Source: Mobula hypostoma
Taxonomy: Eukaryota
Direction of reading: 5' to 3'
Assembly (NCBI RefSeq): GCF_963921235.1
Contig: NC_086097.1
Location: 200,448,001 to 200,512,000, forward strand
DNA length: 64,000 nucleotides
Part shown: positions 23,039-34,715 of the stretch, piece after piece
How the letters are laid out: each line of letters begins with the position of its first letter
How positions within the stretch are numbered: position 1 is the stretch's first letter
Notes under the pieces: generated by a model
Seen by the model: only the letters and a program-made list of their open reading frames with translations
Database searches by the model: none
What the model was told of the DNA's origin: nothing
Translations under genes and position numbers: made by a program

Positions 23039-24094
23039 GTAAAAACTAACTGTAAGCTAGCTTGTCCTCCGCCTCTTCTCGTCGAAGCCTCTCGAGTCAA
23101 AGCCTCAAAGCTCCAACTCCTTCACTGGCCCACTCACGCACTGGCCGCTTCGCTTGAGCTGTCCCTCTCTTTATCTGTTTGAGCTTTTCAAAATGTTTGG
23201 TCACCTGACCTCGACTGCCCAATCAGCTGCTTTCTGCTGAGTCTGATCTACTCAAATCTTGATTGACTTGATTGCACAGACCAACTGCCAAAACTACTGG
23301 AATCTCTCGAGTCAAAGCCTCAAAGCTCCACTCCTTCACTGGCCCACTCATGCACTGGCTGCTTTCCATCAGAATTCTAACTTCAATCAGAATTGTTTTC
23401 TCACTCTTAAGTAGCCTTCCATAGGTCATGTCTGGGCTTTTTGTGTAGTTCTGGATCACTGGTCTTGAATACCACAGATCTCGTTCTCAGCAGACTATGA
23501 ATCTCCTAGTTCATCCATGGCTTTTGGTTTGGGTATGTCCAGTATCTTCTCAAAGACACACTCATCCAAACAGATTTTGATGAAGTCAGTGACAACTGTG
23601 GCATAGTAATTCAGATTTGAAGATGACTCCCTGAATATTGTCCAGTCCACCAACTCAAAGCAGTCCTGTAAACTGTTCCTCCACCTCCCTTGACCATACC
23701 TTCTTGGTCCTCACCACTGATGTTACAGTCTTATTCAAAAGGGAGTTTAGGAGAAACTCCCTTAGCATTTCACAAGACATGATTGAGATAAGTGACATGT
23801 ATCCATTTGAAGGTAAACTAGAGAAACACAAGGTACAGATAGATCTAAAAGCAAGTTGATGGAGTCAATTGAAGAATGAAAGGAGAAGAGTCCAGTGGGG
23901 CATAAACACCTGCATAGATATATTGGCATGACCTTGAACTGAAATGTTAACTTTGCTTTTCTCTTTCCACAATTGATATCTAAAATGTGAAATATTTCCA
24001 GCATTTTCTGCTTTTATTTCAAATTTCAATTACTCATTGTATTGCTGTATTTACTGACACAGCTATCTTGTGCCAACGTTATTTTTGAAATTCT

Positions 24095-24660
24095 TTGTTT
24101 CTCAGGATTTGGGAATCATTGACAAACATAGCATTAATTTCAAATCCCTAATTGCTCTTGATAGTGAGCAACCTACTTGAACTGCTGCAGTTCTAGTGAA
24201 GGTAGCCCCACCAGGCTGGTGGGTGGGCTGTTCCAGGATTTGATTCAGCACGAATAAAAGACCATAAGACATAAGAGCAGAATTAGGCCATTTGGTCCAT
24301 CGAGTCTGCTGTGCAATATACTTCCAATTCATGATGGTGTGTGGCTTGAAGGGGAACCTGCAGATTGAGGTGCTCTTCTTGCTAGAGGTTGAGGTTTGCA
24401 AAGAGCTATTGGAATACTTGTGGTATGTTTTGTATATTGTGAACACTGCAGCCAGTGGAGAAAGAAATAAATGTTCAGTGTGGTTTGTACAGTGGCAATC
24501 AAGGGGTCTGCTTTATGTTGGGTGGTATTATGTTTTTCTGAAAAGAGAAGTTGCTAGGACTGCATTTATTCCAGCCCCATAGCTGTTGGAAAGGCTTTGG
24601 GGTGTCAGGAGAAGAGTCACTTGCCACAGTAGATTCAGCTTCTAAACAAGCTTGCTATAA
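24095..24660 (-). mobile_element. Old LINE 3' fragment (CR1/L2 type) with a short CR1 tail inserted at ~24260-24312
   Basis: By-eye similarity of …CCCTAATTGCTCTTGA…TTGAACTGCTGCAGT to chondrichthyan LINE tails. CCATAAGACATAAGAGCAGAATTAGGCC is a CR1 tail. Confidence 0.5.
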
Positions 24661-25789
24661 ATAATAACTAAAACTTGTATTCTTCTGAAAAGATAAATGA
24701 TCCATTCCATTGCTAGAGATGTATATGTGAATCTTTTTGAGTTATCTATAAACATGCTTTAGACAAGAGAAAGGCAAGAATTTACAAAGAAAACTAAGTA
24801 AAAGTCACAAGGAAACAAATACAGTTAACAATTTTATGTTGCAGCATGGTGTTGCTCAGTTCTTAAAAGTAAAGTGATGCATGTGTTAAGGTGGTGAGAT
24901 CCATGGAGCTCATATTTTTCTGCTCTGTTAGGAGAAAATTTTTTTTGTGCCGTTTCTTATAGAATTCAGTGAAATCTGTATGAATCAAATCTAATTTTCT
25001 GCTAATATAAAGAGGTATTCTTCATCTTTAGGTTAATAGAAAACTGTGGTGCAGAGCAGCTAGCCCATGGGCTAGGTGTGTCTAGTCCATGCATACTTGA
25101 TACCCTGCAGTGTCCAGACCAACTGTGTTTGTCACTTCTTAGGTGTTTCCTTACAATCGAGCTTGGCTTGCTTCCATTCTGCCTGCATGTGCTCTGAGAC
25201 GATTGATAAGCACAATGTGGGAAAACAGACTCTTTCACTAATGGGGCTGAAAGTCACTGAGGAGATAGATTATTAGGGAGTCAGTACATCCCTTCCCTTA
25301 TTTACTCTTTGCTTTGGTGTGATTCCAACACATGAACATGAAGTTCTTAGTGCCACTCTCAATGTTCTTTCTTCATTTGGAGCAGACAGGCATTCCACTA
25401 GTTAGTTGGAACCTTGCATTTTTCCAAGGAAGCTCAGAGAACATCTTTGAACCTTTCTCTCTCTCCCCTCCAGCTGTTCTAATCCCATGATTTAGGCAAG
25501 AATAGAATACCTGTTTCAGGAGTGTGCAGTTGGGCATGCTGTCAATAAGGTTTGCCCATGGAACTGGCTGGATTTATTAGGACTCTGTGGGAATGCTGGC
25601 CTGGGAGAGGATGTTAATGTTTGTTTGCCTTTCCTTCCAGAGGTTTCGGAGAAATTTGCAAAATCAGAATTATGTGGGATCATTCCTGTACCATGAGCTT
25701 GTCCAACTCTCATAAACATATGGAAGGATGAAGATTATTTTTATCTACTAGACCCAGAGCTATTAAATATTCCCTGTGTGATAATACTT

Positions 25790-28319
25790 CCAGAATCATT
25801 CTTGACAACCTCTTCTGAGCTCTCTCCAATGACAGCACGTCTTTTCTTAGATGAGGAGCCCAAAACTATTTACAATACTCCAGGTGAGGTCTCACTAGTG
25901 ACTTATAGAGCCTCAGCATCACATCCTTGCTTTTGTATTCTAGACCTCTTGAAATGAATGCTAACATTGTATTTGCCTTCCTCACCACTGACTCTACCTG
26001 CAAGTTAATCTTTAGGGTATTCTACACAAGGACTCCCAATCCCCTTTGCAACTCAGATTTTTGGATTCTCTCCCCATTTAGAAAATAGTCAGCACATTTA
26101 TTTCTACTACCAAAGTGCATGATCATGCATTTTTCAACATTGTATTTTACTCTCTTGCCCATTCTCCTAATCTGTCTAAGTCCTTCTGAAGCCTACCTAT
26201 TTTCTCAACATTACCAGCTCCTGCACCAATCTTCATATTATTTGAAAATTGGCAACAAAGGCATCTATTCCATCATCTAAATCATTTATATACAGCACGA
26301 AAAGAAGCAGTCCCAACACCCACCCCTCTGGAATACCACTAGTCACTGGCAGCCAACCAGAAAAAGATCTTTTTATTCCCACTTACTGCCTCCTACCAAT
26401 CACCCAATGCTCTAACATTGCCAGTAACTTTCCTGTAATACAATGGGCTCTTAACTTGGTAAGCAGCCTTATATGTGGCACCTTGTCAAAGGCCTTCTGA
26501 AAATCCAAATATACAACATCCTCTGCATCCCCTTTATCTGTCCTACTTGTAATCTCCTCAAAGAATTCCAATGAGTTTATCAGGCAAGATATTCCCTTAA
26601 GGAAATCATGTCGACTTTGTCCTATCTTGTCCTGTGTCTCCAAGTACTCCACAACCTCATCCTTAACAATTGACTCCAACATCTTCCCAACCACTGAGGT
26701 CAAGCTAACTGGTCTATAATTTCCTTTCTGTTGCCTTCCTCCTTTCTTAAAGAGTGAAATGACATTTGCAATTTTCTAGTCCTCTGGCACCATGCCAGAG
26801 TCCAATTAATGTTTCCACGATCTCTACCGCTACTTCTTTCAGAACCCTAAGGTGCAGTTCATCTAGTCCCGGTGGCTTATGTACCCTTAGGTCTTTCAGC
26901 TTTTTGAGTACCTTATCCCTTGTAATAGTAATTGCACTCACTTCTCTTCCCTCGCACCCTTGAACATCTGGCACACTGCTCGTGTCTTCCACAGTGAAGA
27001 CAAATGCAAAATACTCATTTAGTTCATCTGCCATCTCCTTGGCCCCTGTTATATTCCTTCACCCTCATTTACTAGCTGAGGAGCCCAAAACTGTTCTCAG
27101 TACTCAAGGTGAGGCCTCTCCAGTGCCTTATAAAGCCTCAGGTCACATTCCTGCTCTTGTATTCTAGACCTCTTGAAAGGAATGCTAACATTGTATTTGC
27201 CTTCCTCAGCACTGAATCTACCTGCAAATTAACCTTTAGATTGTTCTGCACAAGACTCCCAAGTCCTTTAGCATCTCAGATTTTTGGATTTTCTCCCCAT
27301 TTAGCAAATAGTCTGCACATTTATTTCTTTTGCCAAAGTGCATGACCATGCATTTTCCAACATTGTATTTCATTTTGCACTTCCTTGCCCATTCTCCTAA
27401 TTGAAGTCCCTTTGCAGCCTACCTGTTTCCTCAATACTTCCTGCCCCTCCGTCAATCTTCGTATCATCTGCAAAGTTCGCAACAAAGCCGTGTATTCCAT
27501 CATCTAAGTCATTGATATACAGCATAAAAAGCAGTGCCAACACTGACTCCTGCAGAATACCACTAGTCACTGGCAGCCAACCAAAAACGGATCCTTTTAT
27601 TCCCACTCACTGCCTGCTACCAATCACCCAATGCTATAACCATGCTAGCAACTTTCCTGTAATACAAAGAGCTCTTAACTTGGTAAGCAGCCTTATGTAT
27701 GGCACCTTCTCAAAGGCCTTCTGAAAGTATACAATATCCACTGCATCTCCTTTATTTATACTACTTGTAATCTCCTCAAAGAATTCCAGTAGGTCCGTCA
27801 GGCAAGATTTTCCCTTAAGAAAACCACACTGACTTTGTCCTATCCTGCCCTGTGTCACCAAGTACTCCATCACCTCATCCTTAACAATTGACCCCAGCAT
27901 CTTCCCGATCACCGAAGTCAGGCTAACTGGTCTATAGTTTCTTTTCTGTTGCCTTCCTCCTTTCTTAAAGAGTGGAATGACATTTGCAATTTTCTAGTCC
28001 TCTGGTTCCATGCCAGAGTCCAATAATTTTTAAAAGATCATTGCTAATGCCTCCACAATTTCTACCATTACTTTATTCAGAACCCTAGGATGCAGTTCAT
28101 CTGGTCTGGGTGACTTATGTGCCCATAGGTCTTTCAGCTTTTTGAGCACCTTCTCCCTTGTAATAGTAACTGCACTCACTTCTCTTCCCTCACACCCTTC
28201 AACATCTAATGCCTTTCACAGTGAAGACTGATACAAAATACTCATTTAATTCATCTGCCACCTCCTTTGCCTTGTTATTATTTCTCCGGCCTTATTTTCT
28301 AAAGGTTCTATATCCACTC

Positions 28320-28359
<40 letters not shown>

Positions 28360-28610
28360 TTATTTACTTACATGCTTGAAAAAGCTTTTACTATCCACTT
28401 TGATATTTTTGCTAACTTGCTTTCATATTTCATCCTTTCTCTCCTAGTGACTTTTTAAGTTGCTCTCTGTAGGTTTTTAAAAACTTCCCAATCTTCCGAC
28501 TTCCTACTAATTTTTGCTTTGTTGTATGCCCTCCCTTTTGCTTTTACATTAGCTTTGACATCCCTTGTCACCCATGGTTGTACTATTTTGCCATTGGAGT
28601 ATTTCTTTGT
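25790..28610 (-). mobile_element. Two tandem CR1 RT fragments (25790-27076 and 27077-28610)
   Basis: ORFs 26383..26703, 26747..27034, 27397..27606 and 27634..27912 repeat the same RT segment twice. Confidence 0.9.
28323..28356. repeat. (TC)17 microsatellite expanded inside a CR1
   Basis: Direct reading. Confidence 0.95.
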
Positions 28611-28611
28611 T

Positions 28612-30120
28612 TATTTCTTAACCATATAAGACGTTTCTCCGAAACAGGTGTAAAGCACAGTAGTATACATAACACACATAGCACATGATAACTTGGCGGT
28701 AACATTAAAATCTACAGATGAATCTTACAGAAACAACAGACTAAAGTATATTAATATTAAATATTGTCAGGTACGGAACAGATTAACCAGTGACATTTGG
28801 ACTACGATGCAGCAGGGAGTTCAGAAGCCTAATGACCTGGGGAAGAAACTGTTTCTCATCCTGACCATTCTTGTTTTTATGCGTCTTAGTCTCCTGCGTG
28901 ATGGTAGAAAGTCATAGAGAAAGATAGATGGATGGGTGGGATCCTTAATAATACTAAGGGCCCTGCGTATCCTGCATTGCTGATAAATGTCTCCAATGGA
29001 TGGTAGGGAAACCCATATGATTCTCTCAGATGTTCTCACTGTCCTTTTTAGAGACTTCTGGTCCAATGCTTGACTGCTCCCATGCCAGACAGAGAGGCAA
29101 CTTGTCAGGATGCTCCCAGTGGTGCTCCTGTAAAATGCAGTTAAGATGGGGAGGGCAGTCTTATTTGCCTCAATCTCCTTAGGAAGTGGAAACACTGCTG
29201 TGCCTTCTTGTTCAGGGAGGTGATATTAAGGGATGAAGTGAAGTCACCTGTGACGTAAACTCCCAGGAAATTGGTGCACTTAACTCTTCTCTGTGGAGCA
29301 GCCAAGTTTTCGCGGGGTTGGGGGGGTGGTTCTGCATCTTCCTGAAGTCCACGATGATTTCCACATTCAGGCTGAGGTTGTTCTTCTCACACCAATCCAC
29401 CAGCCACTCCACTTCCTCTCCCTACTCCGTCTCGTCATCATTCTTGATAAGGTCAACCACTGTTGTGACATTCACAAACTTGAAAATATGGTTTGAGCTG
29501 AATCCTGCGACACAGTCATGCATCAGCAGTATGAACAGCAGCGGGCTGAGCACACAACTCTGGGGAACGCCAGTGCTCAGCGTAACAGGACAAGAGATGT
29601 TGCTGCCTCCACGGACTGACTGTGGTCTTACAGTTAAGAAGCCTAGTATCCAACTGCAGAGGGAAGTGTTGAGACACAGCAAGGACATTTTCCCCACAAG
29701 TTTCTGGGGTATGATGGTGTTGGACACTGAATTGAAGTCTATAAACAGCAGTCTGGCATATGAGACCTCATTTTCCAGGTGGAACAGGAGAGAGTGGAAG
29801 CATCAGTGGATCAATCTGAGTGATAAGTGTACTGGAAAGGGTCCAACGTAGTCTGGAGAAAGGTCTTAATGTGCTCCATGACCAGCCGCTCAAAGCATTC
29901 CACAATGGTTGATGCCACCAGACAACATTCATTTAGGCATTCTTGGGGATTGGAATGATATTTGCTGCCTTGAAAACCAAGGGGAGAATGGATTATTCCA
30001 GAGAGATGTTGAATATATCCAACAGCTGGGCTGTGCAGACTTTCAGAACTCAATCTGATATATTATCAGGCCCCACAGCTTCACGTGGGTTGACTCTGGC
30101 CAGAATCTTCCTCACCTCAT
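28612..30120 (-). mobile_element. Rex1/Babar-like LINE, RT to 3' end
   Basis: ORFs 29811..30053 (CFERLVMEHIK…LDPFQY), 29422..29727 ([14 protein letters not shown]), 29212..29412 and 28821..29195. Confidence 0.88.
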
Positions 30121-30143
30121 TTTCAGCCAAGCAGAAGGTAAAA

Positions 30144-30209
30144 TCCAACAGGAAACAAATGGCAGGTGAAAGTTGCTAGCCTTTCACCCACCAGTTGTTT
30201 CCTGTTGGA
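30144..30209. repeat. Palindrome with 29-bp arms and an 8-bp spacer
   Basis: 30144-30172 vs the reverse complement of 30181-30209: 26/29 matches. Confidence 0.9.
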
Positions 30210-30233
30210 CTTCAGCCATCGGATGGTTGTCGA

Positions 30234-30392
30234 ACAATAGGAATTCTGCAGATGCTGGAAATTCAAGCAACACACATCAAAGTTGCTGGTGAACTTTGCA
30301 GGACTCTGACGAAGGGTCTCGGCCTGAAACATCGACTGTACCTCTTCCTAGAGATGCTGCCTGGCCTGCTGCGTTCACCAGCAACTTTGATG
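30234..30392. mobile_element. Fold-back Penelope-derived mini-element, same family as 3919-4110
   Basis: Same GGAATTCTGCAGATGCTGGAAATTCAAGCAACACAC end as the 3.9 kb copy. Perfect 20-bp IR (30275-30294 / 30373-30392). Hammerhead core on the + strand. Confidence 0.85.
30301..30338 (+). ncRNA. Minimal hammerhead ribozyme motif, stem I 5' strand disrupted
   Basis: CUGACGA-A-GGGU-CUCG-GCCU-GAAA-C-AUC^GACUG. Confidence 0.6.
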
Positions 30393-31114
30393 GATGGCTG
30401 TCAATATGTTTTGTTTCATTTCAGGAATGGTCCAGCTTCTACTCCTGGAATGCTGTGCACTTGCAGTTCATTATTTGGATCTCCTGGTCATTCTCATCAA
30501 AGTAGAGTAGGTTCTACTTTTCCGTGCTTTCACAGATGTTAATTATGATGGGCTGCAGGGCTCCAAAGGATTCTAATGCTTCCACTTGAATCATTTTGAT
30601 TGCACCATTCATATTTCAACTCTCTTGATGAGATGGAGGCTCAAGCAGTTTTAGAAGGAGCATAAAATGTAGAGGTTGTTACCAAGATGAAAAGGAACAA
30701 CAGAGATGCATACACGGTCACAACAAGAGGGTCAGTACCATGTTACTTTTTGATAATTAATATTGAGTCAAATTTGCAATTTTTTTAAACAAACTTTTAA
30801 TAATCTGTGTATTTGCACATTCATAAAGCAGACTAAAAAGTTCAGTCTTTAGTCATGAATAGTTAAAATAAAACTATTTCTCATGAGTGATCCTTGGAAA
30901 CGACTTGAACTAGTTTATTAAACTAATCAGCCTTTGCAAAATTGTTTTGCACCATTGGTATAAAGAAAATAATGCTACAGTTAATTTTCTTGAATCTCCT
31001 CAGCATATTTAATTCCTTACACCATCAGCCCGAGTATATTCCAATCCATATTTTGCAGATAATAGCTCAAAGTATGAAACTCACATGCTACATTTCATGT
31101 TGTAGATGTAGGAA

Positions 31115-31408
31115 AAATTATTTATTTTTATTGAGGTACAGAGTGGAATAGGCCCTTCTGGCCCTTCGAGCCACGCCTAACAGCAGTCCCCCAATTTAAT
31201 CCTAGCCTAAACACAGGACAATTTACAATGACCAATTAACCTCCTGACAGGTAGGTCTTTGGACTGTGAGAGGAAACCAGAGCACCCGGAGAAAACCCAC
31301 GCGGTCTTTGGGAGAATGTACAAACTCCTTACTGGCAGCAGCGAGAATTCAACTCAGGTCGCCTGTACTGTAAAGTGTTGTGCTAACCACTACACTAACG
31401 TGCCACTC
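31115..31408 (-). mobile_element. tRNA-derived V-SINE (HE1-like) with a CR1-type tail
   Basis: Minus strand starts GTGGCACGTTAGTGTAGTGGTTAGCAC (A box), then GAGTTGAATTC (B box) and a V-domain GTGGGTTTTCTCCGGGTGCTCTGGTTTCCTC. Confidence 0.85.
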
Positions 31409-32194
31409 TATTGAATAACAATAAAAGTAAAGAAATGTATATAATTCATTACTAACTTATGTACCTTATGTAAGTATTTATGCACTTTAGTTCTGGTTAA
31501 CATTGCCTTCATAAATGTTTATCACATTGTAATGCCAGTTGATTATACTTGGAAAGTGCTTCAGGTGAGACTTTACACAATATCTAAGATGTTGAGTGCT
31601 TATCATGAAGTGCTGGTTCCAATTAGAATTTTCATTCATTGGCTTTGGTGCACAGTGCATAAAATAACATCTTAAGTGTAGCCTTTCACTGAAGAAGTCA
31701 TAATGTCAGTTTTTGCATGTCTCATAAAATTACTTAGTATGTCACCATATTTTGGTGTGTAGCCTTGCCTCCCAGAAATTGATTTTTTAATGTCTGTCCA
31801 AATGAAAATAAGTGATTTATTGAACTTCAGTAATATCCTGGCTAAATTGTGGTAGTTACAAAGATTACTATAAATCAAAGACCAAGAACAGTGGCTAGAC
31901 AAACCTACCAAAGGGTTATGTCACTGACCCTTCAGACTCATTTTGTGTAAGTAATTAAACCTCATGACAGAGAAATTTTGCCAAATGCCTGTCTGCTCAG
32001 TGTTGTTTCAAAGGTGTGACAAGACCAAGTGTGGCCTTCAAGTAAAACTGAATGAAAGGATGGAAATATTTTGATGACCGTATACAAGTATTGTTCAATT
32101 ACAGGGTTTAAGCTGCAGTGACCTTAACCATAAATGATGCAAAATTTCAAGTGATAACTTTTTTTAAAAAACTTGATTCTTGGAAATTGGACTT

Positions 32195-32727
32195 TTAGAT
32201 TAGATTAGACTAGATTAGATTCAACTTTATTGTCATTGTGCCAAATACAGATATAAAGCCAATGAAATGCAGTTAGTATCTAACCAGAAATGCAAGAATA
32301 GTGTTATTTACAAATAACTGTGAATAAAAGTAAGTGCTACAGCACACAAATATAAAAGTACTGAGAAGGTACAATATGGGTACAATACTGCTTAGCGCTG
32401 TGATGTGAGGTTCAGCAGGGTCACAGCCTCAGGGAAGAAGCCCTTTCTGTGCCTGCTGGTGCGGGAGCAGAGGCTCCTGTAGTGCCTACCGGATGGGTGG
32501 ACAGTAAAAAGTCCATGGTTAGGGTGAGATGCATCCTTGATAATGCTTTTCGCCCTGCCCAGGCAGCGCTTATGGTAGATGTTCTCAATAGTGGGCAATT
32601 GGGTGCCGATAATCCGCTGGGCAGTTTTCACCTCACACTGGAGTGCTTTGAGGTCCAATACCGGACAAATGCCATACCACACTGAGATGCAGTTGGTGAG
32701 TATGCTCTCAATGATACAGCAGTAAAA
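32195..32727 (-). mobile_element. Rex1/Babar-like LINE 3' fragment
   Basis: (TTAGA)n tail. ORF 32392..32682 (VKTAQRIIG…HPNHGLF…PSGRHYRS). Confidence 0.85.
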
Positions 32728-34489
32728 GCTTTATGAACTAGGTTAAAATATCAGAGAATAAGTAAAGCAATCAATCAATAAATAATGTAATTATCATAAG
32801 TTGATCTGAATTTATTCTTGGGACTTTTTTGATTAAAATATTCAGAAGTATAAATATTGTTAAGGGGAAATGAAATCACTTTTCACGTTTCTAACCAAAT
32901 GCAACTCAGCTGTTTTTTAAATTTTTTTTTCCCATTTAGCACTCACTGTCAGTGTCATTTGGCAGCTGTGTTCTGCCAATCCATCACAGTGAGCCTAATA
33001 TATCTCTGCCAGCTTGGCTTTAATAACATTATCTACTTCCTGTAATAGCTGCATTACCCACACAGGCCAAGATCATGTTTCAGACAATGGGATCCATTTT
33101 GCATAAATTTTTAGACTGAATCAAATACAATTTTAGATATAATTCAAGGTAAAATGGGACACAAAGTTGTGGAAAAATCACATTCAATTTAAGGTAGTGG
33201 CCAAGAAATGGAATCGAATTGGGGAAGACACTCTTCAAAAATAATGTTTTTGGCCTTTCCAGTGTTTAAACGAAAGAATTTCCAAATTCACCTTTATTAC
33301 TCACTCTTAACGTACGTTTTTATGCATGTTTAATTCAATTGAATAGTTGATAATTTTTTACTTACTAATAATCCTAATCAGTATCCTTTTTTTTTGCCAC
33401 AGTATGCGGGGCCTCCTCAAACTGCTTCCTCCCAAGATCTTCTTCCAGAAGAGCAATGCAGATTCCACCCATAAAAACATAAGAATATAGTAGGCCATAT
33501 AGCCCTGGAGACTACTTCACTATCCAGTAGATCAATTATGTACAAATAAAGAATGAATTCACACAGAGTCCAATGTGTATCTTCAGAACAAACTTCCTCT
33601 TATTACAAGCTGATGCCAAATGAGTCATTTGGCCTGGAAAGAACACTCCCCAATCCAAGGTTTTCATTATTCTTATGCTGTTTCTTACCTAATTTATCCC
33701 CCACAATCTCTACCCCGCATGCATTGTGTATACATAGTGAGGTAAGCTTTTGCAGTATCAGGCTTTAGTGCTTATGTATTACGTGAGATGTCAAGATTGA
33801 GCACCTTGTGTGCTTCATAAGCCATGTGCAATTCAGTATTTACCCTTAATCTATATACTACTAAAACTCTCATGCTCTCTCTGTCAGTTTGTGACCTCCA
33901 ATTAGCACAAACGGTGCATTACAGCAGCACTTTTTTTGGCTAAATCGAATTAAAATGCACTAATTTACAGAATGCAGGCAAAGTTCAGTGTTATATATTC
34001 GTATAAAATTGCTCATTCACAAAAATAAACAGGCTCGCCTTCACCCGAGACCCGATCGGCCATGATGGAAATCGGAATGCAACAGCCCAACGCATGCGCA
34101 CAGTCAGCCTCAGCTGCGACACTTACCGAAGCAAAAGGGCAAGGCAGCTCTATTTCAAGGGGTCACATTCTGCTCATCACCATCAGTGTATGCAGGATTG
34201 GGACAGATCTAACTGCCACCCATCAATAAGAGATAATTAAATCTTATTGTAATGATGTACTCTGAGACACCCATAAACCCCTTTGCTGCAGTCAAAGGAC
34301 AGTGGTGACTATATCACGTCCATTTAGGAGAGCGCCAGCCACTTCATCAAGAATAATCAGCATCCTTTGGTGTTACTGCTTCGTATCTTCTATCCAGCAT
34401 TAGGGTAAAAAAAATGGTCAGCCTAATTATAACATGTGGAAAAGGAAAGGGGACATTATGGTCAAGAGATGACGCCAGACGTTATCGGG

Positions 34490-34715
34490 AAGCTGCAAGG
34501 AGAGGGAGAGAAGAAGAATTGGATGAGGACAGGGCTGCATGACTCCAGGATCAAAGAGTCAGGACAAAAAAAGGTGAGAGAAAAGACAAAGGAAGAGAGG
34601 CATGCACATCTCCAGGATCAGAGACAAACAACAAACAGCAGAAGAGATGAAGAGACAGGGGATGAAAGGGCTGCACGTCTCCAGACTGACAACGAGAGGC
34701 ACAAGGGTAGCAGAG
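34490..34715 (+). pseudogene. Three ~23-codon STPR-like (E-T-x-E-E-R-A-A-R-L) repeats, a relic of a Helitron protein N-terminus
   Basis: CTCCAG anchors at 34543, 34610 and 34679 (spacing 67 and 69 nt). Units read ELDEDRAA*LQDQR, KTKEERHAHLQDQR and ETGDERAARLQTDN. Confidence 0.65.

Larger units (their letters stand above)
19156..23375 (-). mobile_element. Near-full-length CR1 LINE (5' UTR, ORF1, ORF2, 3' tail)
   Basis: ORF1 pieces 22462..23100 and 22111..22440 are in one frame. ORF2 pieces are 21029..21964, 19988..20944, 19783..20025 and 19223..19816. A (TAGAACA)n tail lies at ~19157. Confidence 0.95.

Noticed and set aside
31491..31564. Candidate 74-nt exon (TTTAG|…CAG|GTGAGA; LVNIAFINVYHIVMPVDYTWKVLQ)
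   Set aside because: Splice signals are plausible, but the peptide is unrecognised and there are no supporting partner exons.
33403..33474. Strong acceptor followed by YAGPPQTASSQDLLPEEQCRFHP*
   Set aside because: No recognisable homology or donor; cannot be supported as an exon from sequence alone.
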